From contig CAKKNE010000004.1 in NCBI GenBank assembly GCA_918797485.1, positions 992,001 to 1,056,000 of the forward strand: a stretch of DNA of 64,000 nt, given 5' to 3'. Positions 1 through 10,849 of this stretch are shown here, in pieces. Below the pieces are notes generated by a model that worked only from the letters and a program-made list of their open reading frames with translations, did not search any database and had not been told where the DNA came from. Source of the stretch: Pelagomonas calceolata (taxonomy: Eukaryota). Each line of letters opens with the position of its first letter. The stretch's first letter is position 1. Both the position numbers and the translations under genes were made by a program.

Positions 1-2
1 CC

Positions 3-524
3 GTCGACGTCCTGGCCGACGTCGCGGCGGCGGCAAACGGCGCCGGCGTGCTGGACCAGCTCGTTTCCTTAGGTATTGATCAGGAACGGGCGGCCTTCGC
101 GGTGGCAGCGGGCTGCACGAGCGTCGAGGCGGCGATGGAGATGCTGTTCGCCGAGCAGCCGCCAGCGCCGCCGCCGTCGCATGCGATGAAGATGGTTTTG
201 GTCGTCCGGGAGGACCTGGGCATGAGCCGCGGCAAGGTCGCGGCGCAGTGCGCGCACGCGGCGCTCGGCGGGGCGCGGCGCGCCGACGCGACCGTCATCG
301 AGCGGTGGGCCGGCGCGGGCGAGACGATGATCGTCGTCGCCGCGCCGCACGAGGGGCTTGCCGCGCTCCGCGACGCCGCGTCGACCGCGGGCCTCCCGCA
401 CTGCCTCGTCGCCGACGCGGGGCGGACCGAGGTCGCACCGGGCACGGAGACCGTGTTGGCCGTGGGGCCGGGCGAGGTCTCGCGCGTGGATGCGATCACG
501 GGGCGGTTGCGGTTGCTGCGGTAG
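3..524 (+). CDS. PTH2: Peptidyl-tRNA hydrolase 2 with upstream UBA-like domain (5' partial)
   Basis: KMVLVVREDLGMSRGKVAAQCAHA and DAGRTEVAPGTETVLAVGPG are PTH2 motifs; UBA-like LVSLGID..A..AV...SVEAAMEML; frame is open to the window start. Confidence 0.9.
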   Translation, partial: VDVLADVAAAANGAGVLDQLVSLGIDQERAAFAVAAGCTSVEAAMEMLFAEQPPAPPPSHAMKMVLVVREDLGMSRGKVAAQCAHAALGGARRADATVIERWAGAGETMIVVAAPHEGLAALRDAASTAGLPHCLVADAGRTEVAPGTETVLAVGPGEVSRVDAITGRLRLLR

Positions 525-548
525 TAGTCTTTGTTGTTACTTTTTACT

Positions 549-1301
549 TCAGTAGGCCCCCGTGTGAAACGCAAAAGCGACGACGTGTGACAGCGCGTCC
601 ACCGGGAGGCGCGGGAAGACGACTCTGGCGAACGTCTTCGCGAGCGCTTGCCGGTGGGCTTTCTCGTAATTCCGAAAACCGCCAGCAGCGACCACCTTGC
701 GGAGGTACTGGTCGTCGGTGTCGACCAGGAGCTTGGCAGGGCCAAATTGAAGGCCCTCAGGTAAGACGAGCGGGACCACCACCCTTATCATGCCCCCGAA
801 CGTGGCGCCGGCGCGGAGCAGAAGGTAGAAGATGCGTTGGGACTCGGCATAAGGAGGTGGAATATTGGTCCCATATTCTTGTGCGCCTCGCGTGGCCATT
901 GCCAGCGGGGTGTGATTGTAAACATGGTTTACAACGCGTCGGTCCGGATCGGCCCCCGCGGCGAGGAGCAGGGCTACACACTCCGACTTTCCTCGGCAGG
1001 CGGCCCGATTCAGCGCGGTCCACCCGAGCTCGCAACGAGTGTTCACCTCTGCGGTAACCGCGGTGCCCGCGGCCTCGAGCAGGACTTTCAGAACACTTCC
1101 GTCTCCCAGGGCTGCTCGGTGGAGTGCGCGTCCCAGGGCTCCTGGGGAGTCTTTCACAAGTCTTAGGTTGTGCCGCACGCTTTGTACGTCACCACGCTCC
1201 GCGTACTGCATGATCAAGCCATGATAATACATGACCATCGGACGACTTGGATCGTTGTCGTTCATCAGAAATCCATCACCTTGTGATACGTATTCTGTCA
1301 T
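549..1301 (-). CDS. Ankyrin repeat protein
   Basis: ALHRAA, GWTALNRAACRGKSECVALLLAAGADPD and TPLAMA ankyrin motifs. Confidence 0.85.
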   Translation of the reverse strand: MTEYVSQGDGFLMNDNDPSRPMVMYYHGLIMQYAERGDVQSVRHNLRLVKDSPGALGRALHRAALGDGSVLKVLLEAAGTAVTAEVNTRCELGWTALNRAACRGKSECVALLLAAGADPDRRVVNHVYNHTPLAMATRGAQEYGTNIPPPYAESQRIFYLLLRAGATFGGMIRVVVPLVLPEGLQFGPAKLLVDTDDQYLRKVVAAGGFRNYEKAHRQALAKTFARVVFPRLPVDALSHVVAFAFHTGAY

Positions 1302-1413
1302 GATGTGAACAGCCTCGACGCGCGAGTGCGAGTTGCAAAGGCAAAATCGCCTGAAAAAACCCGCGCCGCCGGAGCACTCATCTTAAACAAACCACATTAA
1401 ACAAAACCGTGAC

Positions 1414-2160
1414 TCACTCCACGCCGCCAGCGCGCCGCGCGAGCTGCTTCCGCCGCCGCTTCGGGTTCGGCCTTTTGGCCTCGGCGCGGACGTGGCCCGC
1501 GCGGCGCAGCGCGTCGACGTCGGCGAAGACGTTGTCGGAGAGCGTCGATCCAATTGACGCCGTCGCCGCGGCGCCCCGGCCCGAGTCGACGACCCACACC
1601 GAAAAAAACGGCGACGCGTCCGCGCCGGCGCCGAGCGGGTGGTCGAAGCCGTAGCGCTCCCGCGGCGCGACGAAGAACGGCCTCGCTTCGTCGCCAAACG
1701 CCTCGCGGAACCAGCGCCGCTCGACGACGTAGGCAGGCAGTAACAACGCGAACGGCTTGCGCGTCGCGAGCGCCCACCGCAGGCACCGCTCCTTGTGGTC
1801 CTCGGAGAAGGGCGGGTTCGTCACGACAACATCGTGCGTCGTGTTTGCTGGGTCCCTGTAGGCCTTTGAGGCGTAGAAGTCGAGGTTGTCGTTTTTCGCG
1901 TTCGTAAAGCCGAGCTCCCTTAGATGCCTCTTGACCGCGCCGTCGCAGTAGTAGGGGTCATAGATGCGCGTTTCTGCGCGGCTCTTCGCTACTAAGGCAT
2001 CAAGGGCCGGCGCGACGTCGGCGTAGGCCTGGCGCGGCGTCTCGAAGTGATCACAAAAGTCCGTCGCGAAGGGGTAGCGCTTCGCTAAGGATGCGGCGCC
2101 GGCGTGCTTTTGGTGCGGGCGCTTGCGCTTCTTCTTTTTTTGCTTCTTCGTCGCGTCCAT
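1414..2160 (-). CDS. Putative N6-adenine-type amino-methyltransferase (NPPF)
   Basis: IYDPYYCDG (motif I-like) and DVVVTNPPF (motif IV); first ATG at 2160. Confidence 0.7.
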   Translation of the reverse strand: MDATKKQKKKKRKRPHQKHAGAASLAKRYPFATDFCDHFETPRQAYADVAPALDALVAKSRAETRIYDPYYCDGAVKRHLRELGFTNAKNDNLDFYASKAYRDPANTTHDVVVTNPPFSEDHKERCLRWALATRKPFALLLPAYVVERRWFREAFGDEARPFFVAPRERYGFDHPLGAGADASPFFSVWVVDSGRGAAATASIGSTLSDNVFADVDALRRAGHVRAEAKRPNPKRRRKQLARRAGGVE

Positions 2161-2820
2161 GGCTTCGCTTTGCTGGGGCTGTGTACTGAAACAGCGCAGC
2201 GACGGCGTCGTTCGCCGCGAAACTCGCCTGGCGTGACGCAGCACGTGCGCTGGCAGCGATGCGATTCCCTGATGGCCTATTCGCTCGTTCGCTGAGCTGG
2301 GTGAGCTCGTTTTAGCCTCACCAGGGAGAGGCAGCTCTCCGGCCGCGAGACATGACTACCCTTGTGAACGTCGCAGGTGTCATCTGGAGCATTGAGGGGA
2401 AATGCAAGAAAGGTGTAAGCGGCGTCTCAGTGCCGAGGGACGAAAAAAGAAGCAAAAGAGAACAAGAGCAGACGAGCGCCCGAGGTCTCGCTCATGAGCA
2501 CTATGGAAGCGTGGTATGGCGTCTGTGGTGGCTTTTGACGGCTCCTGACGCCAAACTTCGACAGTCTCACATCACACGTAGCACTCTTTGACGGCAAAGC
2601 TATTAGCAGCGCCAATTTGGTCGTCTCGTAGCAGGTAGACTGCAGCGTCCACACGGCAAAGCATAGAGAATACATTTCCGCCTGCACCTTTGCAAAAACG
2701 CGGCGCGCGGCGGCTCCACAGCTCCACGCCAGGGGCTGTGAATCCTCGCCCATCCTCGCTTGCGCATCGGAGTCTGTGCGCTGTTTCAGTCGTCGCGGCG
2801 GCTGCAGGAGTGCACTGCAG

Positions 2821-2941
2821 GTACCGCGGACGCAGCGCATCGCTCGTTACGCGCGCCGCGACCGCTTAAGAGGACGGGAGCGCCGAGACCGAGACCCTCT
2901 CCACCAAAAGTCCGCGCGCCGACGCGACACCTTCCACGCAG
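2821..2941 (+). other. Possible 5'-UTR intron of the FBA gene
   Basis: CAG|GTACCG ... CTTCCACGCAG|GTAACC, ending 17 nt before ATG 2959; cannot be checked by reading frame. Confidence 0.4.
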
Positions 2942-2958
2942 GTAACCCGAAGAAGAAG

Positions 2959-4689
2959 ATGCAGTCCGTCGTCGTCGCCCTCGCCCTCTCCAGCGCGGCG
3001 GCGCTCGTCGCGCCCTCGAGGCCCGCGGCCCGCGCGGCGCCCCTCGAGGCCGCGACCATCTCCCTGCCGACGAGCGTCAAGCCCGGCGTCGTCACGGGCG
3101 AGGCCCTCGTCGACCTCCTCTCCTACGCGAAGGAGAAGGGCTTCGCGATCCCGGCGGTCAACGCCGTGAGCTCGTGCGGCATCAACGCGTGCATGGAGGC
3201 GGCCGCCAAGTACGGCGGCCCCATGATCGTCCAGTTCAGCCGCGGCGGCGGCCAGTTCCTCGCGGGCAAGTTCATCGGGAACCAGGAGCCCGACAAGGCG
3301 TCCGTCGCGGGCTGCGTCGCGGGCGCGTTGCAGGTCCGCCAGCTCGCGGAGCTCTACGGCGTGCCGGTGATCCTCCACACGGACCACTGCATGCGCGACT
3401 GGCTGCCGTGGTTCGACGGCCTGCTCGAGGTGCGCTTGCGGCGTCCGATTCGTATGCGCGACGTGGTGCCTTCGACTCGCGCCGGTCGCGGCGATGGCGT
3501 GATGGTGGGGCCCCCACTGCCTCCACGCCACCGCCTCGTGGCGCCCGACGCCCTCGCCGCGACGCAAACACGCCTGACGCCGCCACGCGACGCCGGGACG
3601 CGCGGGGGAGTCACCAACAATCCACGCAGGCCAACGAGGACTACTTCGCCAAGAACGGCGAGCCCCTCTTCTCGAGCCACATGCTCGACCTCTCCGAGGA
3701 TCCCCTCGAGGAGAACATCGCGACCTGCGTCGAGTACCTCGAGCGCATGTCCAAGTCGAACCTCCTCTTAGAAATGGAGCTCGGCATCACGGGCGGCGAG
3801 GAGGACGGCGTCGACAATTCGGATGTGGACTCGTCCAAGCTCTACACGCAGCCCGAGGAGGTCTGGCAGGTCTACGAGGCCCTCTCGAAGGTCCCGAACG
3901 GCAAGTTCACGGTCGCGGCCGCCTTCGGCAACGTGCACGGCGTCTACTCGCCGGGCAACGTGCGCCTCGAGCCCCAGATCCTCCACAACACGCAGAAGTT
4001 CATCTCCGAGAAGCTCGGCGGCGACGACAAGAAGCCCGTCTACTTCGTCTTCCACGGCGGCTCCGGCTCGAGCACCGAGGACATCCAGTACGCCATCGAG
4101 GCGGGGACCTGTGTGGAAATCAACCAGTGCGTCGGGTGCACCCGACAATTCTTCACTAAGTCGTTTCTCGGCGATGACGCGGCCGTCCTGGCTCGGTCGA
4201 GCGGCGAGGAACCGGCATCGCCACGCCATCGAGCAGGCGTCGCGTCGATGGCGTGGAGGACGACGCGGCGATTCAGCACGAATGCGCCGTAAAATTTTGA
4301 TTTCCACACAGGCCGGCACGATCAAGATGAACATCGACACGGACACCCAGTGGAGCTTCTGGGTGCGCGGGCCGCGTCCCGATTATATTTCGACCTTCGC
4401 CGCGGCCCGTCGGCCGCGCGCCGCGGGCCGTCACGATTATACTTCGACCTTCGCCGCGGCGCCGTCGACCACGCGCCGCCCTCATCTCATTGCCACACAG
4501 GACGGCATCCGCGAGTACGAGGCCAAGAACCACGACTACCTCCAGCAGCAGATCGGCAACCCCGACGGCGCCGACAAGCCGAACAAGAAGTACTACGACC
4601 CGCGCATGTGCCTGCGCTCGGCGGAGGAGGCGACCGTGGAAAGATTGGGCAAGGCGATGGAGGACCTGAAGTGCGTGAACGTGTTGTAG
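2959..4689 (+). CDS. FBA: Plastid-targeted class II fructose-bisphosphate aldolase; exons 2959-3429, 3630-4100, 4312-4362, 4501-4689
   Basis: Signal peptide plus AAALVAP leader; HTDHC, SHMLDLS, GGEEDGVDN, FGNVHGVY, FHGGSGS, KMNIDTDTQW and NKKYYDPR motifs join in frame after removing 3 introns. Confidence 0.95.
3430..3629 (+). mobile_element. Introner-like intron, family B (GT-AG, 200 bp)
   Basis: Starts GTGCGCTT-GCGGCGTCC and contains GTGCCTTCGACTCG, shared with intron 27539-27756. Confidence 0.65.
4101..4311 (+). mobile_element. Introner element, family A, forming a 211-bp GC-AG intron
   Basis: Perfect 15-bp TIR CTGTGTGGAAATCAA (4109-4123) / TTGATTTCCACACAG (4297-4311); 8-bp TSD GCGGGGAC / GCCGGCAC. 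Confidence 0.9.
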
Positions 4690-4819
4690 GCACCTACAAG
4701 ACCGCACACTGTTCCCTCCCGTCGTAAAAACTAGTTGCTCATGACTACGCGTCGACGGCGTCGTCGTCGCGGCATCCGTCGGGGAGAGAGCCGTGGAAAG
4801 GACAGAACACAACAAAATC

Positions 4820-6007
4820 TTAGGACGACGAAGAGTCCGACACGTCCAGCGCCGCCACGGCAACAGTGAGGGGCGATTCGGGCCGGTTGTGAGACGCCTC
4901 GCCCGGCCGCCGCTCCAGCGCGTGCGTCGTGATGCGCGCCGTTGCCAGCGCCTCGCGCACAACCACCGAAGGCGGCGGCAGGTCTACGATGCCGCGCCTC
5001 AAAGCTTTCGCCCGACGCGTCACCTCATCACACAGACCCACCCTAAAACTTTTGGCGCGCGCCTCCCCCGCAAACAAGTAGAAGAGCGGCCGGTACAACG
5101 CGTCCTCGGCCACGTCCAACAACGGGTACTGTTCATTCGCATAAGCTAGATAGGAGTCGAGCACCGACCGCCGACTCACGGCGGGGTTCTCCTCACCACC
5201 TAACCAGGCGTCCGCCGTCGCCAGCACTTTCCACGGATCGTACCAGGCGCCGCGACCGACCATGCACGAGTGGACCGGCGGGAGGTCCTCGTACTCGACG
5301 AGGTGCCTTGCGCAGTCCTCGAGCGTCTTCAACTGGCCGTTGAGCGCAAAGGTGCAGTCCGGGAGGTCCCGCACGAGCTTATGAGCTACCGACACGTCGA
5401 GCGGGGGCACGGTCCGATTCTGTTGAGTAGAAAAGCCCTTCGCGAGGATCGCTGACCGCGCGTGGAGGATGAAATGCCTGCAGCCACCTTGCCGGCAGCT
5501 CTCCACAAATCTTAAAGTTGTGTCGTAGTCGCTCCCGGACAAGTCCGTGCCCAATCTATGCTTCACGGACACGGGCACACCTCTAGGCGAACAAACCCTG
5601 TCCAGTTCGTGCACGATGTCTCTGACTCGATCGGGTTTTAACATTAATCTCGCACCAAATTCATGTTTGGTCGCGACGACGTTCGACGGGCAGCCGCAGT
5701 TCAAGTTGACTTCGACACAAGTGTCGCCCAAGTGTTCCACCGTCAACTCACACGCTTGTTTTAGGAGTGATGGGTCGTTGCCGCCCAATTGGACCGCCAG
5801 CGGATGCTCGTCGTCACGATGGCCCAGGAAGCGCGTATGATTTAAATCCTGCGAGTTGTGGACGATGGCGCTGTCGACGACCATTTCGGTGTACAAGAGC
5901 GTCTTTCTTGATAACAGTCGCGCGAGGTGCCTCCAATGTTTATCGGTGACGCCCATCATCGGCGCGACGCTCAAGCGGTGGGGGTACTTGCTGTCGAAGG
6001 TGGCCAT
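4820..6007 (-). CDS. dusA: tRNA-dihydrouridine synthase (DusA-like)
   Basis: SVAPMMGVTD, LYTEMV, VQLGG, NLNCGCPS, VSVKHRLG, FILHAR, QNRTVPPL, MVGR motifs. Confidence 0.92.
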   Translation of the reverse strand: MATFDSKYPHRLSVAPMMGVTDKHWRHLARLLSRKTLLYTEMVVDSAIVHNSQDLNHTRFLGHRDDEHPLAVQLGGNDPSLLKQACELTVEHLGDTCVEVNLNCGCPSNVVATKHEFGARLMLKPDRVRDIVHELDRVCSPRGVPVSVKHRLGTDLSGSDYDTTLRFVESCRQGGCRHFILHARSAILAKGFSTQQNRTVPPLDVSVAHKLVRDLPDCTFALNGQLKTLEDCARHLVEYEDLPPVHSCMVGRGAWYDPWKVLATADAWLGGEENPAVSRRSVLDSYLAYANEQYPLLDVAEDALYRPLFYLFAGEARAKSFRVGLCDEVTRRAKALRRGIVDLPPPSVVVREALATARITTHALERRPGEASHNRPESPLTVAVAALDVSDSSSS

Positions 6008-6241
6008 GGCTGCTCGACGGCGTGCGGTGCGCCTCACTCAACGCGGTTGCTGGTCTTCCCGCGCTTGGAAGCGCCAGCAGGCGTGCCAGTGATACCCCTT
6101 CGCCGCCACAGCCAGCCCTGCGTGCACGGGGTGGCGCGTACTGGGCCAGTGACGCGCCTGCAAAAAAGCTCGACAAAATGGCTCTCTGGCAATTGGAGAG
6201 CTCATCAGTACAAGCCTGCAGGCTGGTCACACAGCAGAGGC

Positions 6242-6919
6242 ATGCCTTCATCCAGGCGCCGCGCGCGGACGACGCTCTGGCTCGTCGCGAGCATCGCTGC
6301 GGCGGTCGACGTGCGGCGGTGCACGCGGCCGCGGCTTGCACCGCAGCTGCTGTCGCGGCGAGCACTGCCGGGCGCCATCGCTGCGTGCACGGTCGCGGGG
6401 CGCGCCGCGGCCTCCGACCTCCTCGACGTCTGCCCGAACTGCGACCAGCCGATCGACGCGCTGCCCCTCGCGACGATCCGCGGCAAGTGGTCCCTCGACG
6501 CGCAGTGGGCCGAGGACGGCCTCCCAAGGACGCTGCGCGGCACGGTGGCCTTTCGCTCGCTGGGCGACCCGAACCGCGGCCGCTGCACGTTTTCGTCGGA
6601 CACGTTGACGGGCTCAGGCTCTTGGGCGGAAAAACCGGCGCGTATTCGGAAAGGGCAGTTCACGTGGAGTGCGCGCTGGCGCCTGCGGCTCTCGGACGGG
6701 ACGGTGCTCGCCTTTCGCGGCGACACGTCGACGGGCGCGCCCGATGATTTCATGGAGGTGCGGCGGCCTCCCTCGATAAATGACGGCGAAGTCCTGGTCG
6801 AGGAGCCGGTCCAGCGCCGCGTCGGGTCCTTCGCGGCGACGCAGGTCGTCTCGTGGCAGGGCTCTGACAGCGAAGAGGCGCGGATGACCGGCGACTACGG
6901 TAGGAAGCCGCTGCGGTGA
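6242..6919 (+). CDS. Hypothetical protein, possibly plastid/thylakoid-lumen targeted
   Basis: Hydrophobic leader followed by twin-Arg SRRALPG...AAASD; coding-like codon use. Confidence 0.5.
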   Translation: MPSSRRRARTTLWLVASIAAAVDVRRCTRPRLAPQLLSRRALPGAIAACTVAGRAAASDLLDVCPNCDQPIDALPLATIRGKWSLDAQWAEDGLPRTLRGTVAFRSLGDPNRGRCTFSSDTLTGSGSWAEKPARIRKGQFTWSARWRLRLSDGTVLAFRGDTSTGAPDDFMEVRRPPSINDGEVLVEEPVQRRVGSFAATQVVSWQGSDSEEARMTGDYGRKPLR

Positions 6920-7170
6920 TCTAGGTGTGTGTGTGTAAGTCTGTTTGTGTCACGAGGCGCGTCGACGGCGTCGAGCGTGAGCGGAGGACCCGGACGCCGT
7001 CGACGCGAGGCGCCCCGACTACTAGAAGATAGGATACCGGTCGCCGCGCCCTTAGAAACAAGCGGCGAAGGCGGGGCCCGTCGGGCGCTCCAGAGACTAA
7101 AGGAGCGCGCGAGGGGCAGCGACGGGGGGGAATATATGTGGTGGGTCGCGTCGGCGGGGTTAGACTTGCT

Positions 7171-7867
7171 TCATGGAGCGAGTCCCGCGACGGCGTCGGC
7201 CGTAGCCTTCGGGTAGGCGGCCCAGGCCTCGGCCGCGGACGGGTAGTGGCCCAATTGGGTCCCGGCAATCCTCAACCGCCAGCCCGACGACGAACCGGAG
7301 GCGAGGGAGATGCCGACCGGGCGCTTCTCGGGCATGTCGTCCGTCCTTTCGGCGGCCCAGCGCAATTCCGAGGGGCACGGCTGGCCGCGTAATCTAGCAG
7401 CCTTCTTCGACTTCGTGGAGGAACTCTTGCGGCGCTTCCGCTGCGGCGACGGTTGTTGCGGAGGCGTCTCCGCAGAGAGCTCGTCCTCCTCGACGACGGG
7501 GACCGGGGGCGCCCGGACCGGGAAGCCGTCCCACGACACCGTATGTACAAGCTTCGCTCTAGCTTCGGGCGGCGACGGCGGGGGCGTCACGATCTTCGGC
7601 GCGAACAATGATCTAGCGTCGCCGAAGAAGGTGTCCTGGGCGTCGTCGAAGAGGGACCTGCGTTCCGGAGTCGGGCGCGCCACGAAACGGGAAGGACGCG
7701 GCTCTCCCCACATGCCGACCTCCTCGTTCCCGATGCGGGCCTCGCCCCAGGACGGGACGTCAAAAACTAAATCGTCGAAGATGGCCTGCGGGGGCAACAT
7801 GGGTGCCGGATTCACGCGTTCGCGCGAAGCAGGAAAGGGCACGCACCTCCGGCGACGGCGCCTGCAT
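7171..7867 (-). CDS. Protein with C-terminal AP2-like DNA-binding motif; exons 7867-7847, 7785-7171
   Basis: 61-bp GT-AG intron 7786-7846 joins MQAPSPE to AIFDDLVF; basic NLS-like stretch; WRLRIAGTQLGHYPSAAEAWAAY resembles AP2. Confidence 0.55.
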
Positions 7868-8343
7868 GCTGCCCGGGCCCGACCGGGGCCTCCCGGAAGC
7901 TGCCCCCGCACCCCCAGAGCCGGGGCGCGGCGCGCTCTCCGGCGCACGCGAACAACAGCGCTCGGCAGAAAGACGGGGCGTGCAGCACGGAGAGCTTAAT
8001 AGTATCGCCTGTAGCCTGTAGTGGAAACGGTTTTGGTGCGGTTGGTTCCTTAGGAGTGCTCCGGCGGCGGGCGGCGGCGGAGCGGCCCCGGGGGGAGGTC
8101 TGAAGCTGTGACGCCCCGCGCGTCCGCGCTTCAACCTACGAAGGGGAGGCGTCCGTGGCGCGCGCGAGCCCGTGCGGCATCGCACAGGAGCGGACGGGGG
8201 ACCTAGGTCGCGGCGGCGGCGGGGCGGGCGCGCCGAGGCCAATTCCGAGGCCGCGGGCGACGCAAGCCCACGAGCCCTCCCCTAGTCCTAGCACCGTGTC
8301 GATCAGGCGCCGCACGCACGCACAAGAGACTAGTAGTACCCTA

Positions 8344-9731
8344 TTACTCGGCGGCCGCCACCGCCCCCGCCGCCAAATGAACTACCACGGCAGTCATGTT
8401 GTCCGTCGAGCCCAAAGCGTAGGCCTGCCGCACGACCGCTCTAGCGGCGTCCTCCTTGTTCCTAATGGCCTTCGAGGCAATAGCCACGGCCCTTTCATTG
8501 GTCATGACGTCCCAGATGCCGTCGCACGCTAGTAGGATAAACCGGTCGTCCGGAGAAATGCGCTGCTGCACAACTTCGGGATCGCCGACGACGACCTTCT
8601 TGGGGTGGTACTTGAGCGTCACGTCGCCGATCGACCGCGAGAGCGACAGCCCGCCGGGATAGCATCTGAGGGGCGAGTCCTGGTTCGCGCCGAAGCAAAA
8701 CACGGGACAAGCGCCCCCGGCCTGTGTGGCAAGCAAAGTTCAACTTGTGCTTCAATTTGGGGTGTGTTGGGGTCGGGGTGAGGTGCTACTCGCTCTCTGA
8801 TGAAGAGGGTATCCCTCGGAGGTCGTGTCCGAGTTTGGGCCTCTCAGATGACCGCGGTGCCGAGATAACCTGACTGGTTGATTTCCACACAGCCGCCCGC
8901 CCGCTGGTAGGCCTTGCCCGACTGGGCCTCCTTGAGACTGCGGCCGACCATGCCCCCCAGTTGTAAGATCCTTTTGTGCTCCCGCGGGTTCGTGGGCTTG
9001 TGGTCATGGCTCAGTTCGAAGGCCGTCCACTGTTTGCTACCCTTCGCCTTTCTCCCCAAGACAGCTCGCGAGTCGCCGCACCAGCCTATCGTGAGTATCC
9101 CATCTACTACTAAAACGACAACAGCGGTGGTGCCGTCGAACCACCGCGGCTGCGCGGACAGCGCCGCTCGGAGGTACGCTTGCTCCGTCCGCGCCATGCC
9201 GAACTTCGTCGCGGCCAGGACGTCTCTCCTTTGCCAGGCCGCCGTGCCCGTGATGTGGTCGAGCATGCGCTGGCCGCAGTACTGGGCCGCGCGGCTGCCG
9301 GCGTGGCCGTCGAAGACTCCGAAGTAACTTCGCGACGGATCGTCATGTATGCTGGGTGTTATGACGTAGACGTCCTCCATGGACGGGCGCTTGCCCTGCT
9401 CCGAGCACACATCAAAACCTCTCACTCTTACAGTCGTTTTTTTTGGTTCTTTGGGCTTGTCTTGTGAGGTTTTCGGGCTCCCAGCGGCGGCCTCGAACTC
9501 TTCCAGGAGCTGAGCTAGTTCATCCCCAGTAGAAGGCGCCGGCGGCGGTTCCGGGACGGGGTCGTCCTCGACGGGCGGGTCGACTGGTGCGGGTGGCGGC
9601 GCCGGCGTGTCCTCGACGGCGTCGTTTCGCGGAGGCATCGCCTCGCCGCAGAACTCGCACGTGCCCCGGTTCGTCGGCAGGTTCTCGAACATGCAGACGG
9701 GGCACTCCCATTTCTCGCCCTCGTCGGCCAT
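8344..9731 (-). CDS. PP2C phosphatase with N-terminal RanBP2-type zinc finger; exons 9731-8901, 8721-8344
   Basis: WECPVCMFEN...CEFC; GKRPSMED, VFDGHAG, GDSRAVL, DHKP, LSRSIGD, LACDGIWDV, GSTDNMT. Confidence 0.93.
8722..8900 (-). mobile_element. Family A-related introner (179-bp GC-AG intron)
   Basis: 8 nt (GCGGGCGG), then CTGTGTGGAAATCAACCAGT identical to the 4109 copy; ends CCACACAG; downstream TSD GCCGGGGG; interior unlike the 4109 copy. Confidence 0.8.
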
Positions 9732-9930
9732 GGTAGCGTACGGCGGCCGGTACGCGGCTGCCGCGTGGGCTGTCTGTTAATAAGCTGGGCGCCGCGCCGG
9801 CGGCGTGGGCGCCGCTGGTCCCTGGTTCGCGCTGTCGACCGCTGTCGCTAGAACTGGAGCGACTGGTCGCGAGCGTGTGGCCGCGTTCGTGCCGCCAGCC
9901 GTGTTTTGCTCGTCGGCGGCTCCAGATTAT

Positions 9931-9953
9931 CTAGCGGCATGTAAGACACTAGC
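9931..9953 (+). promoter_or_regulatory. CTAG inverted-repeat upstream element
   Basis: CTAGCGGCATGTAAGACACTAGC, 200 nt upstream of the PP2C ATG; recurs across the window. Confidence 0.65.
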
Positions 9954-10014
9954 TGCGAAAAAGATCGCGCAGCGTAGCTCCCCGCACGCGCATACTACAA
10001 CTAGGGACAAAGCC

Positions 10015-10392
10015 TTACGCCGTCAGCGGCGGCGGCGCGAGCTCCCTCTTCATCCTTTCCATGAAGTCGTCCTTCGCGACGACCTCCGTCCCTTCGTCCA
10101 GCGGCTCTTTGGGCGCCTCGACGCCCATCGATTTGAGCGCATGCGCGTACTGCTTCGCCGTGATCGTGCCCGTGTCGTGGGGGTCCAAAGCCGCGAAGCA
10201 CGCCGCAATATCGGTATCCGTGAAGAAGCCCCGCACTTTCGAGTCTTGGACGCGCTCCAACTCTTCTAATAAGAAAGCGTTCGGATCTTTGGGCCTTTCG
10301 AACATCAAGCGCGCGCCGAGGTCGGCGAAGAGCTCCTTGATGCCGTGGGCGCGCAGGTAGGCATTGGCCTCAGCCCTCGGGTCCTTGGCCAT
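10015..10392 (-). CDS. EFCAB10-like protein (dimerisation/docking domain plus EF-hand)
   Basis: AYLRAHGIKELFADL...ERPKDPNAFL docking-domain pattern; EF loop DPHDTGTITAKQY. Confidence 0.75.
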   Translation of the reverse strand: MAKDPRAEANAYLRAHGIKELFADLGARLMFERPKDPNAFLLEELERVQDSKVRGFFTDTDIAACFAALDPHDTGTITAKQYAHALKSMGVEAPKEPLDEGTEVVAKDDFMERMKRELAPPPLTA

Positions 10393-10849
10393 AATGGCTG
10401 CCCTTGTTGTGGCCCAGGGGAGGACGTCGGCTCCGCTACGCTGCCTCGGTAGTGTTCTCGGACAGTGTTCTCGGTGGCTGCCTCGCGGGCGTCGCGCGTG
10501 GGAGCGCTGGAGCCCCTGTTTTGCCCAGCGCCGGCTGGAGGGCTTCCTAGTAGCTTTCCAGTAGGGGCGAGGCAGCCTTCTCTACTGGGCGTTCTGGAGG
10601 CAATCTAGGACGCCTCGGGCGGCGGTACGAGTCCGGGAAGCTGCCCTGGTGCGGCCGCCACAAAAAAAATGGGCTGGGCATCTCACCAGCCGAACGCATG
10701 CGAAACCGCGACGAAAAGGCGTAACGATGCCTCGGCAGCGCAGCCGTAGCCGCCGTGCACCCCTGCAAGTTGATTGACCCATCGGTTTGGCAAAAAGGGC
10801 AGCCCTGCTCCCCTAGCCGAGCGCACTGCGACGCGTAGCGCGCCAAGCG

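Noticed and set aside
2352..2840. Short ORFs between the methyltransferase and FBA genes
   Set aside because: Low GC3 and no motifs; looks like divergent promoter/UTR sequence
2959..4689. Apparent frameshifts or pseudogenes in FBA, PP2C, AFG1, EFHC1, SET and GH92
   Set aside because: All are resolved by GT-AG or GC-AG introns that restore frame and conserved motifs
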